Positions 9,250 through 17,202 of a stretch of DNA of 36,513 nt are shown here, piece by piece. Below the pieces are notes generated by a model. The model did no database searches, was not told the origin of the DNA, and saw nothing but the letters and a program-made list of their open reading frames with translations. The stretch's first letter is position 1. Each line of letters begins with the position of its first letter. Location of the stretch: the IMG/VR virus record IMGVR_UViG_3300002301_000007, positions 1-36,513 of that record; one strand, written 5' to 3'. The position numbers and the translations under genes are program-made. The DNA is from a virus (lineage: Duplodnaviria > Caudoviricetes).

Positions 9250-10043
9250 TACTAACATCCGAGAACTATCATTCAAAACCAATGCGCAAAAAATTCTTTG
9301 GCGTTTCTCAATACAAAGATTTTTGCGGAACACTTGGACAACCCGGATGCGAAGCGATGGCCGTCGCCAAGATGAAAGGCGAATGGGAAGAAGAATTAAC
9401 GCTTCCGCTTTTAATAGGATCATACGTTGATGCTCACTTTGAAGGAACTCTCGGAGTTTTCAAAGCGCAGCATCCACAATTATTCAAACGCGATGGCGAT
9501 ATTAAATCTGCATTCGTAAAAGCAAATGACATTATTAAAAGGATCGAACGGGATCCCGTTTTTATGATGCACATGGCAGGCAAGAAGCAGGTTATTTATA
9601 CCGGGATGCTTTTCGGCGTTGAATGGAAAATAAAGATCGATTCGTTTATAAAAAATATCGCAGCCGTTGACTTAAAAATCATGGCATCTTTGCGAGATAC
9701 TTTTTGGGTTAAAGATTATGGCTATATGTCTTTCGTTCCGTTTTGGGGATACGATTTACAGGCAGCCATTTATCAAAAGATCATTGAGATCAATACCGGG
9801 AAGATCGTTCCATTCTATATCGCAGCAGCTTCCAAGGAACCTGTTACCGATATTGAGATCATCGGCTTTAGACAGGGTGATCTTGATGATATTCTTCCAT
9901 CCGTTGAGGCCAACGTAAAAAGGATCGATCAGATCAAAAAGGGAAAGATCACGCCCGATCGATGCGGGATCTGCGATTATTGCAAATCAACAAAAGTATT
10001 AACCAAACCAATTCACTTCTCGGAGTTAATCACTAAAGTTTAA
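9246..10043 (+). CDS. PD-(D/E)XK exonuclease (RecE/DUF3799-like)
   Basis: LTSENYHS start, KIKID..VDLK, GYDLQAAIY, CGICDYC. Confidence 0.88.
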   Translation: MILTSENYHSKPMRKKFFGVSQYKDFCGTLGQPGCEAMAVAKMKGEWEEELTLPLLIGSYVDAHFEGTLGVFKAQHPQLFKRDGDIKSAFVKANDIIKRIERDPVFMMHMAGKKQVIYTGMLFGVEWKIKIDSFIKNIAAVDLKIMASLRDTFWVKDYGYMSFVPFWGYDLQAAIYQKIIEINTGKIVPFYIAAASKEPVTDIEIIGFRQGDLDDILPSVEANVKRIDQIKKGKITPDRCGICDYCKSTKVLTKPIHFSELITKV

Positions 10044-10052
10044 GGATCTCTT

Positions 10053-10322
10053 ATGGAAAATCAGAAAACAGAAATTAAAGAAGTCGATCAAATTGAAATG
10101 AAAGCGATCCTTGATCGTGAGATCCCGAAAGCAAAAGCATTGCTCGAGTTGCCCGGCATAGAAGGCTTTGCGGTTATGGTTGTTTCAAATCGATTTGGCC
10201 TAAAGGCATCAATCCATGCTCCAAACGATGCTGCCTATCAAATCGTTTGCATGATGGATAGGTATCAAGTAAGCATTGCGGACGTTATTAAAAAATATTT
10301 GGAGAAGGGAGGTAAAACATAA
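10053..10322 (+). CDS. Hypothetical protein
   Basis: RBS and operon position. Confidence 0.65.
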   Translation: MENQKTEIKEVDQIEMKAILDREIPKAKALLELPGIEGFAVMVVSNRFGLKASIHAPNDAAYQIVCMMDRYQVSIADVIKKYLEKGGKT

Positions 10323-10492
10323 TGGCAGGAACGCTTGGTTTTATACTAATGTTGGTCTTGTATTTTTTGCCAACTTTAAACGCTTTCCATTCGGGCCATA
10401 AGAACGCGCAATCGATATTTGCGGTTAATCTTTTGTTTGGATGGACGCTGATTGGTTGGGCAGTTGCTTTAATTTGGTCATTGAGTGAATAA
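10322..10492 (+). CDS. imm: Superinfection immunity protein (T4 Imm-like, 56 aa)
   Basis: Not in the ORF track. YFLPT..H.N...IF..NLLFGWTLIGWAVALIWS is the family signature; TAATG coupling. Confidence 0.9.
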   Translation: MAGTLGFILMLVLYFLPTLNAFHSGHKNAQSIFAVNLLFGWTLIGWAVALIWSLSE

Positions 10493-10498
10493 TTTAAC

Positions 10499-10585
10499 TG
10501 ATCGCCCGGCGCGCTTAGACGGCATGGGCCGAAATTAGCACCGCGCCAAACGGCATGGGCCAAATCGGAGGCAATAGGGCGATCA
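10499..10585 (+). other. Structured intergenic element (candidate RNA)
   Basis: 9-bp closing stem TGATCGCCC/GGGCGATCA, inner GGCGCG/CGCGCC stem, two ACGGCATGGGCC copies. Confidence 0.5.
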
Positions 10586-10605
10586 TCCTAATCTTTGGAG
10601 GGTAT

Positions 10606-11076
10606 ATGTTCAAACGTTTAATTAGAAATGCAGTTTTATCGATCATTCAAGAAATATCGAGCAGGCCAAAACCTGTCGGTATTGCGTTATTCAGATCCTA
10701 TACCTCATGTATGGGCATGGGAACAACGTTCGCGCATCCTGATACGCCGTATGTTGGTGGCCCGGGTTTTAACGCATTCGATTATCACGAATTTACTAAA
10801 GATGATATTACAGACGATGTTGATGGCATGATTAAGATCAAGGGCGTTTGGTTCAAAGAAGATGAGGTTTTCTTTTATAGCAATCCTGCATTGACAGACT
10901 ATAAAAAAGTTATGGGCGTTAAATACCCAAGCCTTGGGCCTTGGACTTCTATCCATACGCTTTACGATCATGGGTTAAGCGTTTCTTATGGTTTGTTCGG
11001 AGCAGAGAATCACTTTTACGATCGTAAATTGCGTGAAGAAATCGAAAAGAAAATGCAGGAGATAACTTCAAAATGA
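10606..11076 (+). CDS. Hypothetical protein
   Basis: GGAGG before ATG 10606. Confidence 0.65.
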   Translation: MFKRLIRNAVLSIIQEISSRPKPVGIALFRSYTSCMGMGTTFAHPDTPYVGGPGFNAFDYHEFTKDDITDDVDGMIKIKGVWFKEDEVFFYSNPALTDYKKVMGVKYPSLGPWTSIHTLYDHGLSVSYGLFGAENHFYDRKLREEIEKKMQEITSK

Positions 11077-11399
11077 ACGCCCACAAAGAAGAAAACATTG
11101 ATGAGGCGAAGCGACTTTTTAAGGCTGCCGGGTTTGAATGGGAATCGTTCAATAATGGTTATCATTGGAAAGTCGCGGGCCTTGACTTCTATCCATCGAC
11201 GCATAAATGGATGGATCTCAAAAATGATTTTCGCGGTGAAGGTGTTGAAGAATTTATTAAATACACCCAAGCCCGGAAGCATAAGGAAGTTGCCGGGCGT
11301 ATATTAACAGTTGAGCAGATCTTCGATCTGGCAAAAGGATCCAAAGACAAAAGCCTTTTCGGTATCTGCGAAACAATCCATCGAGGTATATATCCATGA
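11073..11399 (+). CDS. Hypothetical protein
   Basis: ATGA coupling; NNGYHW..DFYPST.KW motif. Confidence 0.7.
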   Translation: MNAHKEENIDEAKRLFKAAGFEWESFNNGYHWKVAGLDFYPSTHKWMDLKNDFRGEGVEEFIKYTQARKHKEVAGRILTVEQIFDLAKGSKDKSLFGICETIHRGIYP

Positions 11400-11629
11400 A
11401 TGCAAATCAAGGACAAAAAGCACAGATCCTAAATCATCTTAAACTTTTCGGCTCGATAACAAGTTGGGAAGCAATAGAGAAATACCATATCACTCGATTG
11501 AGTGAATATATTAGGTCGCTTCGCAATGATGACGGATTAAGAATAACTGATGCTTGGAAAGAAAAAGATGGTAAGCATTGGAAAGAATATTATTTATCAA
11601 CAAATGACGGCCAATTAAGTTTTGCATAG
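11396..11629 (+). CDS. Winged HTH protein (HTH_39-like)
   Basis: ILNHL..GSITSWEA....ITRLS.YI..LR pattern. Confidence 0.8.
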   Translation: MNANQGQKAQILNHLKLFGSITSWEAIEKYHITRLSEYIRSLRNDDGLRITDAWKEKDGKHWKEYYLSTNDGQLSFA

Positions 11630-11637
11630 GAGGATTT

Positions 11638-11829
11638 ATGGAGAAGTCGCCAATTCATGCGCAAGTTATCGATAGGTTTAAAAACGAACTTCTCATTGTT
11701 CTTGTTAGGAGGCTTGGAGGAAAAGTATCTATTCCCTGCAATGAAATCGACGCTACCGAAGGAACGGCTTTAAAATTTAATATTGATGCGCAAAGAAATT
11801 TTAATTTTGAATTGGTATATAAAAAATAG
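11638..11829 (+). CDS. Hypothetical protein
   Basis: AGGAGG RBS. Confidence 0.65.
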   Translation: MEKSPIHAQVIDRFKNELLIVLVRRLGGKVSIPCNEIDATEGTALKFNIDAQRNFNFELVYKK

Positions 11830-11840
11830 AGAGGAAAACT

Positions 11841-12086
11841 ATGGGAAAAGGCAAAGGATGGCAGAACGATAATATGGAAAGAGAACTTCATTCGATCAAG
11901 TGGATTGACAATAATACCGCAACTCGCTTAACCAATGAAGTTAATTTGCATTGTGAGATCTTTGACGAAGGTGGTCTTTGGTCTATTAAATTGCTCGGCA
12001 CAGCAGATCACGAACACCATCTTGTCGAGGATGCAGCAATTTTATTAAAAAAGATGGCAGAGGTTAAATGTGGAGGTGGGCATTGA
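11841..12086 (+). CDS. Hypothetical protein
   Basis: GAGG RBS, operon position. Confidence 0.55.
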   Translation: MGKGKGWQNDNMERELHSIKWIDNNTATRLTNEVNLHCEIFDEGGLWSIKLLGTADHEHHLVEDAAILLKKMAEVKCGGGH

Positions 12087-12271
12087 AAAACACAATGAAG
12101 CAAGCCATGATTAAAGTTTCGGATGTTCCTGAAATCCCGGGCCGTCTTTTTCAAGTCATGGTTCCATTATATCAAATCGAGCGCGATCGTTTTTGGCAAT
12201 ATCGCGTTATTTGGTGGTTAATTGTTTTGGTTTGGAAAAACAAAATCACAAAGACAGGAGGAATAAATTGA
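12083..12271 (+). CDS. Hypothetical protein
   Basis: GGAGG then TTG overlapping the upstream stop; start uncertain. Confidence 0.45.
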   Translation: MKNTMKQAMIKVSDVPEIPGRLFQVMVPLYQIERDRFWQYRVIWWLIVLVWKNKITKTGGIN

Positions 12272-12639
12272 AAAGACAAGAAGAAAGAAATATCCAAATA
12301 GTTTTTGTAGGATGGATCCGGGACAACTATCCAGAGGTTATAACGATAATTAGTCCTATCGTTAAGTTTGGTGGATCTCCAACGCAAAGACTTATCCAAG
12401 GACGAACGCAAAAATTAATGGGTTACATGAAAGGAACGCTTGATATTTTCTTTCCACATCCCCGCAATGGATTTCATGGCCTATTTATAGAGTTAAAGCA
12501 AGAGGATGGGTCAACATCGGTGGAGCAAAAAGATATGATCCAACGTCTTAACGTTCTTGGTTATGTCGCAGTTTCGGCCTATGGGCTTAATGAGGCCCGC
12601 AGGATCTTCCAAGAATATTATCTTGGTAAATTTCAATGA
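12268..12639 (+). CDS. VRR-NUC nuclease (Holliday junction resolvase-like)
   Basis: EE..Q, G..KGTLD, GLFIELK, S.EQK motifs; AGGAGG plus TTG start. Confidence 0.85.
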   Translation: MKRQEERNIQIVFVGWIRDNYPEVITIISPIVKFGGSPTQRLIQGRTQKLMGYMKGTLDIFFPHPRNGFHGLFIELKQEDGSTSVEQKDMIQRLNVLGYVAVSAYGLNEARRIFQEYYLGKFQ

Positions 12640-12866
12640 CAAAATTACAGATCAAACAAATCGCTGCGCAGGCTTCAAACAACGAGAGCAGATCTTGTAA
12701 AGGCAAAGTTCGATACAAAAGCCTAAAGGCCATCAAGAATGCGATCGAACAGATTAAGCAAAAACGCAGCGTTCAAATAAAAGGATTTAATAACGAAGCC
12801 TATCATTGCCAGTTTTGTGATGGTTGGCATTTAGGAAATAAGGTGAAATATGCAAAAAACGCATGA
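12636..12866 (+). CDS. Hypothetical Zn-binding phage protein
   Basis: C.GK.RY and AYHCQFCDGWHL motifs. Confidence 0.7.
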   Translation: MTKLQIKQIAAQASNNESRSCKGKVRYKSLKAIKNAIEQIKQKRSVQIKGFNNEAYHCQFCDGWHLGNKVKYAKNA

Positions 12867-13362
12867 ATTAAAAATCTTGCCCTATTGGTTTAAGGCTTTA
12901 CGCGACGGAAGAAAAAAGTTTGAAGTAAGATTAAATGATCGCGACTATAGCCCCGGAGATCTTGTGGTCTTTAAAGAGTTTACAGTTGAGAATCAACAAT
13001 ATACAGGAGAAAGATATTGGGCGCAGATTGGCTTTGTTCAAGAACTTGGCCCCGGAATAAAAGAGTGTTACTGCGTCTTTGGCATTGAGCATGGATCCCG
13101 GATACAAAAGAGGAAATATAATAAAATTTATCGCTTGAATCATAACGAAAAAAGAAACAAGGATCGCAAGAATAATTACTCAAAATCTCGTCCAGAAAAA
13201 AGAAAAAGTAACGCTTGGACAGAAGCCGATATAAATAAATTGCGTCTTGCTCATTGGCATAAAACAGATCGTCAATTAGCAAAAGAATTAGCAAGATCAG
13301 TTCAAGCGATTCAACAAAAAAGATATAAATTAAATCTTGACGCAAAAAAGAATCTCATTTAA
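12850..13362 (+). CDS. ASCH/DUF3850-like domain fused to a C-terminal HTH-like domain
   Basis: HELKILP..F....G.KKFEVR.NDRDY..GD; C-terminal WTEAD..L..TDRQLAKELARSVQAIQ. Confidence 0.8.
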   Translation: MQKTHELKILPYWFKALRDGRKKFEVRLNDRDYSPGDLVVFKEFTVENQQYTGERYWAQIGFVQELGPGIKECYCVFGIEHGSRIQKRKYNKIYRLNHNEKRNKDRKNNYSKSRPEKRKSNAWTEADINKLRLAHWHKTDRQLAKELARSVQAIQQKRYKLNLDAKKNLI

Positions 13363-13365
13363 ACT
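13337..13365 (+). promoter_or_regulatory. Sigma70-type promoter facing the origin
   Basis: TTGACG-17nt-TAAACT. Confidence 0.6.
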
Positions 13366-13373
13366 TTTAACCA

Positions 13374-13535
13374 TGTCTTGCGAAAAAGGAAAACATGAAA
13401 GCAAACCAAACCATCACATATCCGTCGATTAATAGTCGTCGGCTTTTTTATGCCCGCAAGGGCGAGATCCCCGGTTCCTTTCTCGCAAGACAGGATTCGA
13501 GAGCCTTAAAACAGCTTTCCCGGGGATTCTTTTTG
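13374..13535 (+). ncRNA. Candidate antisense/attenuator leader RNA
   Basis: 17/18 complementarity between 13374-13391 and 13475-13492; GCCC-GCAA-GGGC hairpin; ATCCCCGG/CCGGGGAT stem; two U-tracts. Confidence 0.5.
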
Positions 13536-13536
13536 T

Positions 13537-13793
13537 TGTGCATAACATTGCATAACCTGTTGATAACTCAACTTCCCAATGCTTATATATATGGCAGCAA
13601 AGTTATCCACATATTAACAGCCCCTACTACTACTATTTTCCTCTTTCGAGGATCGAAAAGCAGCAGTATTAGTAAAGCGATTGCCTGTGGATAACTTGAT
13701 AAAAAATGTCGTAACTAAACAAAAGAGCAATAACTTACAACAATTCACAATCTGTTAATATCCTGTGCATAACCTGTTAACAGTTGTGGATAA
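13537..13793. promoter_or_regulatory. oriC-like replication origin (DnaA boxes plus DnaA-trios)
   Basis: Perfect TTATCCACA at 13603, 13686(rc), 13785(rc); TTATGCACA(rc) at 13537 and 13764; degenerate boxes at 10-11-bp phasing; CTACTACTACTA at 13624-13635. Confidence 0.85.
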
Positions 13794-13809
13794 CTTAAAA
13801 GGAGATCGT

Positions 13810-14358
13810 ATGCCAGTTGTAGCCCCAATGCCAGTAACAGTTTACGCTAAATATGAATTTAGCGAAGATGAAAAGAAGCAGTTAGGCCAAGAATTAGCCG
13901 GGAAGATCGACCGGGCCGAAGGATTAAAGACGGAAAAGAAAAGCCTTGTTTCAGAGATTAATGAGCGTATCGATGGCGCGCTTAATGATATTAAAAAGAT
14001 CTCGAGCAATATCAACCTTGGATTTGAAACAAGATCCTATACCTGCAAGGTTGAGAAAAATTTTAAATTGAAGATCAAAGAGTATTACTGTATCCATTCC
14101 GGCAAGTTGATCGAAACAAAGAAATTTGAACCGCATGACTTCCAACAAACCTTCGATGATGTAAAGCAAGATGATAAAAAAGAGATCTCAAAATCCGGGA
14201 AGGATATAAATCCATCGATAGGACAAGGACTTGATATTTTAGCGACCAAGGAAGAAAAGAAAAAGGCCGTTGGCAAAGCGTTTGATAAAGAAGCAACAAA
14301 GATCTTAAATAAAGCTGGGATCAAAAAGAACGGTCAACCATCAAAGGCGAAAAAATGA
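13810..14358 (+). CDS. Hypothetical coiled-coil protein
   Basis: AAGGAG before ATG 13810. Confidence 0.7.
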   Translation: MPVVAPMPVTVYAKYEFSEDEKKQLGQELAGKIDRAEGLKTEKKSLVSEINERIDGALNDIKKISSNINLGFETRSYTCKVEKNFKLKIKEYYCIHSGKLIETKKFEPHDFQQTFDDVKQDDKKEISKSGKDINPSIGQGLDILATKEEKKKAVGKAFDKEATKILNKAGIKKNGQPSKAKK

Positions 14359-14780
14359 TATTGATCGTCTATCTTGTGGTTTGCGCGCTTATCACGCATT
14401 GCGATTTAATGTTCCGCATGATCCCTGACCGATTTGTTTTGGTTGGAATTATTGGAGCAATGATATTAAATTGCGATCGATCTCTTGGGTTTATTGGATC
14501 CGTTGAAGGAATGCTGATCGGCGGTGGATCTATCTTTATCGCAGGCATCCTTTGTTTTCTTATATCGAAGAAGCCCGCGCTTGGTGGTGGGGATCTTAAA
14601 TTACTTGCCATGATCGGCGCATTTTGGGGATGGCAGGTTGCTTTAACAACCTTTGCCATCGCCCCGATCATGGGATCACTTTGGGCCGGGATCCTGAATC
14701 GAACAAAATTGCCTTATGGAATCTTTTTAATCGTGGCATCATTTATTGCCTTAATTATTGGGAGAGTTTATGGATATTAA
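14355..14780 (+). CDS. A24-family (prepilin) aspartic peptidase, short TadV/CpaA-like form
   Basis: Multi-TM; catalytic Asp motifs HCDLMFRMIPD and LGGGDLKLLAMIGAF; C-terminal LPYG. Confidence 0.93.
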   Translation: MILIVYLVVCALITHCDLMFRMIPDRFVLVGIIGAMILNCDRSLGFIGSVEGMLIGGGSIFIAGILCFLISKKPALGGGDLKLLAMIGAFWGWQVALTTFAIAPIMGSLWAGILNRTKLPYGIFLIVASFIALIIGRVYGY

Positions 14781-15597
14781 AGTTTCGCTGTTTGCTTCTG
14801 CTGTCCGGATACCATTTTATAAAGTGTTTCTAGATTCTTTGGTTGGAACGACGGAGAAGATCGAAGTTGTTTTCTGTGGCCCGAATACTGAAAAAGAGAT
14901 CATGGAAGGCTTTCCCGGCTGCCTTTTTATAAAAGAGGAAGATTTTATAACCGAAGGGTTTTTAACAACGATGAATTATAAGGGAATCTTGTTTAAATAT
15001 CTTCATTCCAAAAATATCAAACCTGCGCAATGTTACGAAGCTGCGCGCCGGGCCTGTCGTGGTGAAACAATCGCTTGGACGGCTGACGATGCAGAGCATA
15101 CGCCAGATTTATACGGCAAAGCATATCGATTTTGGAAAGATCTTAATAATGAGAAAGCAATCCTTTCAATCCAAACCGAAGAAAATGGTATGTACTGCAA
15201 TATGAAAGTTCATTCCTTTTTTGGCTGCCAGTTCCATACGCCGTTAATGGCTCCGCTTGCCCTTATGTCCGGGGCTTATTGCGAGAAACTTGGCGGATTT
15301 GATAGACGATATATATGTGGACAATATGAAAATGAGTGTGTTATGATGGCCGTTGCAGATGGAGGATGTGTAAAAATATTTGGAGATAGAGAAAATAAAA
15401 TCATCCTCGATCACTATCGCAGGCATGGAATAAAACGGCCCTTTGCCACAGGATATAATCATGATCGAGAGATCCTTGAAAAATCTTGGACAGATGGTAA
15501 AGGTAAAGTTTCTTTAGTTCGGAATGATAACCATGAGCCATATGAATCAGAAGGGATTTTAGAAACCTCTCAATCTTATAAAGGACAATGGGAATAA
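14770..15597 (+). CDS. Glycosyltransferase, GT-A fold
   Basis: VSLFASAVR, CRGE.IAWTADD, LGGFDRRY. Confidence 0.8.
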   Translation: MDIKVSLFASAVRIPFYKVFLDSLVGTTEKIEVVFCGPNTEKEIMEGFPGCLFIKEEDFITEGFLTTMNYKGILFKYLHSKNIKPAQCYEAARRACRGETIAWTADDAEHTPDLYGKAYRFWKDLNNEKAILSIQTEENGMYCNMKVHSFFGCQFHTPLMAPLALMSGAYCEKLGGFDRRYICGQYENECVMMAVADGGCVKIFGDRENKIILDHYRRHGIKRPFATGYNHDREILEKSWTDGKGKVSLVRNDNHEPYESEGILETSQSYKGQWE

Positions 15598-16002
15598 ATG
15601 CCAAGTGGAATTTATAAAAGAAAGCCTGAACAAATTAAAGCACTCGTGGAAATGAACAAGTCGATTTCTCATCGCAAAAAAGTTAGCAAGTCTTTAATAG
15701 GACATAAATTCACAAAAGAAACACTTAAAAAAATGAGCAAAAATCATGCCGATTTTAATGGTGATAAAAACCCTAATTGGAAAGGCGATAAAGTTGGAGT
15801 TATTGGAGTCCATATTTGGTTAAAAAAATATTTTAAAAAAACTATGATTTGTTATTTTTGTAGGAAGAAATGCCTTACAGATTATGCTTTACTTAAAGGT
15901 AAAAAATATCAAAGAATGCGTGAAAATTTTGTCGAATTATGCCGTAAATGTCATGTTCATTACGATAGAAATATCACAACCTACATTGTGGAGGGTAAAT
16001 GA
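15598..16002 (+). CDS. NUMOD3/HNH homing-endonuclease-like protein
   Basis: GHKFTKETLKKMS, NPNWKG, CYFC..LCRKCH; AT-rich. Confidence 0.8.
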   Translation: MPSGIYKRKPEQIKALVEMNKSISHRKKVSKSLIGHKFTKETLKKMSKNHADFNGDKNPNWKGDKVGVIGVHIWLKKYFKKTMICYFCRKKCLTDYALLKGKKYQRMRENFVELCRKCHVHYDRNITTYIVEGK

Positions 16003-16964
16003 GCGAAAACATACTAATTACAGGAATTACGGGATCCGGTGGATCTTACCTTGCCGACTATATTCTCGAATATCATCCCCGCGTTAAGATCTTCGGCCTG
16101 CATCGATGGCATTCCGCAGGAACATTAAACAATATCGAACATATAAAGGATAAGATAACCGTCCTTGAATGCGATCTCTTGGATCTTTCATCCATAATCC
16201 GGGCCTTAGAGATCTCTAAGCCTTCGCGGATATTTCACCTCGCAGCCTTTGCAAATGTTCGCAAGTGTTTTGATACCCCGATCGCAGTTGTTAATAATAA
16301 CACGATGGGAACCGCAAATCTTCTTGAGGGGATCCGATTAGTTTGCCCGGAAACTGTTTTGCAAATGTGTTCAACTTCCGAGATCTATGGCAATCCTCTT
16401 AATTTCCCCATGACCGAGCAACATCCAATGAAACCTGTTAATCCCTATTCGGCTTCTAAATTAGCGCAGGAGGCTTTATCTTATGCTTATTTTAAATCAT
16501 TCAACCTCAAGGCTATTATTACAAGGATGTTTGCTTATATTAACCCCCGTCGAAGGGATTTGTTTGCTACTGCTTTTGCGTATCAGATCGCAGAAATTGA
16601 AGCGGGAAAGAGGAAATTTTTATCTCATGGGAATCTTGATAGTATTCGTACCCTTATTGATGTTCGCGACGCTATGCGCTCTTATTGGATAGCATCGGAA
16701 CAATGCGTTTTCGGTGAAGCATATAATATCGGCGGAGTTGATGTTATTTCTGTTGGCGATTTCCTTGAGATATTAAAAAAGCATTCCAAGGTTGAGATCA
16801 TATCCAAACAAGATCCCGCGCTCATGCGCCCGGTGGATGTTACCAAACAGATCCCGGATACAACAAAATTTGATGCTTTAACAGGCTTTAAATGCAAATA
16901 TTCTCTCGACAATTCTGTTGATTTCCTTCTTGAGCAAGTAAGAAGGGAGGTTAACGCAAAATGA
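15999..16964 (+). CDS. GDP-mannose 4,6-dehydratase / GDP-6-deoxy-hexulose reductase family SDR (Gmd/Rmd-like)
   Basis: LITGITGSGGSYLA, FHLAA, STSEIYG, PYSASK, GNLDSIR, LMRPVD. Confidence 0.88.
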   Translation: MSENILITGITGSGGSYLADYILEYHPRVKIFGLHRWHSAGTLNNIEHIKDKITVLECDLLDLSSIIRALEISKPSRIFHLAAFANVRKCFDTPIAVVNNNTMGTANLLEGIRLVCPETVLQMCSTSEIYGNPLNFPMTEQHPMKPVNPYSASKLAQEALSYAYFKSFNLKAIITRMFAYINPRRRDLFATAFAYQIAEIEAGKRKFLSHGNLDSIRTLIDVRDAMRSYWIASEQCVFGEAYNIGGVDVISVGDFLEILKKHSKVEIISKQDPALMRPVDVTKQIPDTTKFDALTGFKCKYSLDNSVDFLLEQVRREVNAK

Positions 16965-17050
16965 TATTTATATTTGTCGGCATCTTCTTTTTAGGATTTA
17001 TTGTTGGCGGGACAACTGTTTTTATGTTAATCATTCGCAATTTTAAATAG
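16961..17050 (+). CDS. 29-aa single-helix membrane peptide
   Basis: GGAGG plus ATGA coupling; MIFIFVGIFFLGFIVGGTTVFMLIIRNFK. Confidence 0.5.
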   Translation: MIFIFVGIFFLGFIVGGTTVFMLIIRNFK

Positions 17051-17058
17051 GAGCAAGC

Positions 17059-17202
17059 ATGACACAGGACGAATTTAAAAAAGTTCTATTGGACGAGATA
17101 ACCTCGCATCCAAAGACAACATGGATCCCATACGCAGATGCTTGCGCTATCGTGGATGTAACGTTTGAAACGTTAAAAAAATTAAGCGAGGAGATTAAGT
17201 GA
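17059..17202 (+). CDS. Hypothetical 47-aa protein
   Basis: AGGAG RBS; stop overlaps the next GTG. Confidence 0.55.
   Translation: MTQDEFKKVLLDEITSHPKTTWIPYADACAIVDVTFETLKKLSEEIK

Noticed and set aside
8488-9423. 311-aa minus-strand ORF
   Set aside because: Antisense shadow of two well-supported plus-strand genes
10519-10561. Mini-CRISPR array
   Set aside because: Only two 12-bp repeats with a 19-nt gap, too short; no cas genes
13395-13694. 99-aa ORF as a protein-coding gene
   Set aside because: It runs through the RNA structure and DnaA boxes and has no recognisable motif; a regulatory leader peptide cannot be excluded because it has an RBS
13765-13809. GTG extension of ORF 13765
   Set aside because: It overlaps DnaA boxes; the RBS-supported ATG is at 13810
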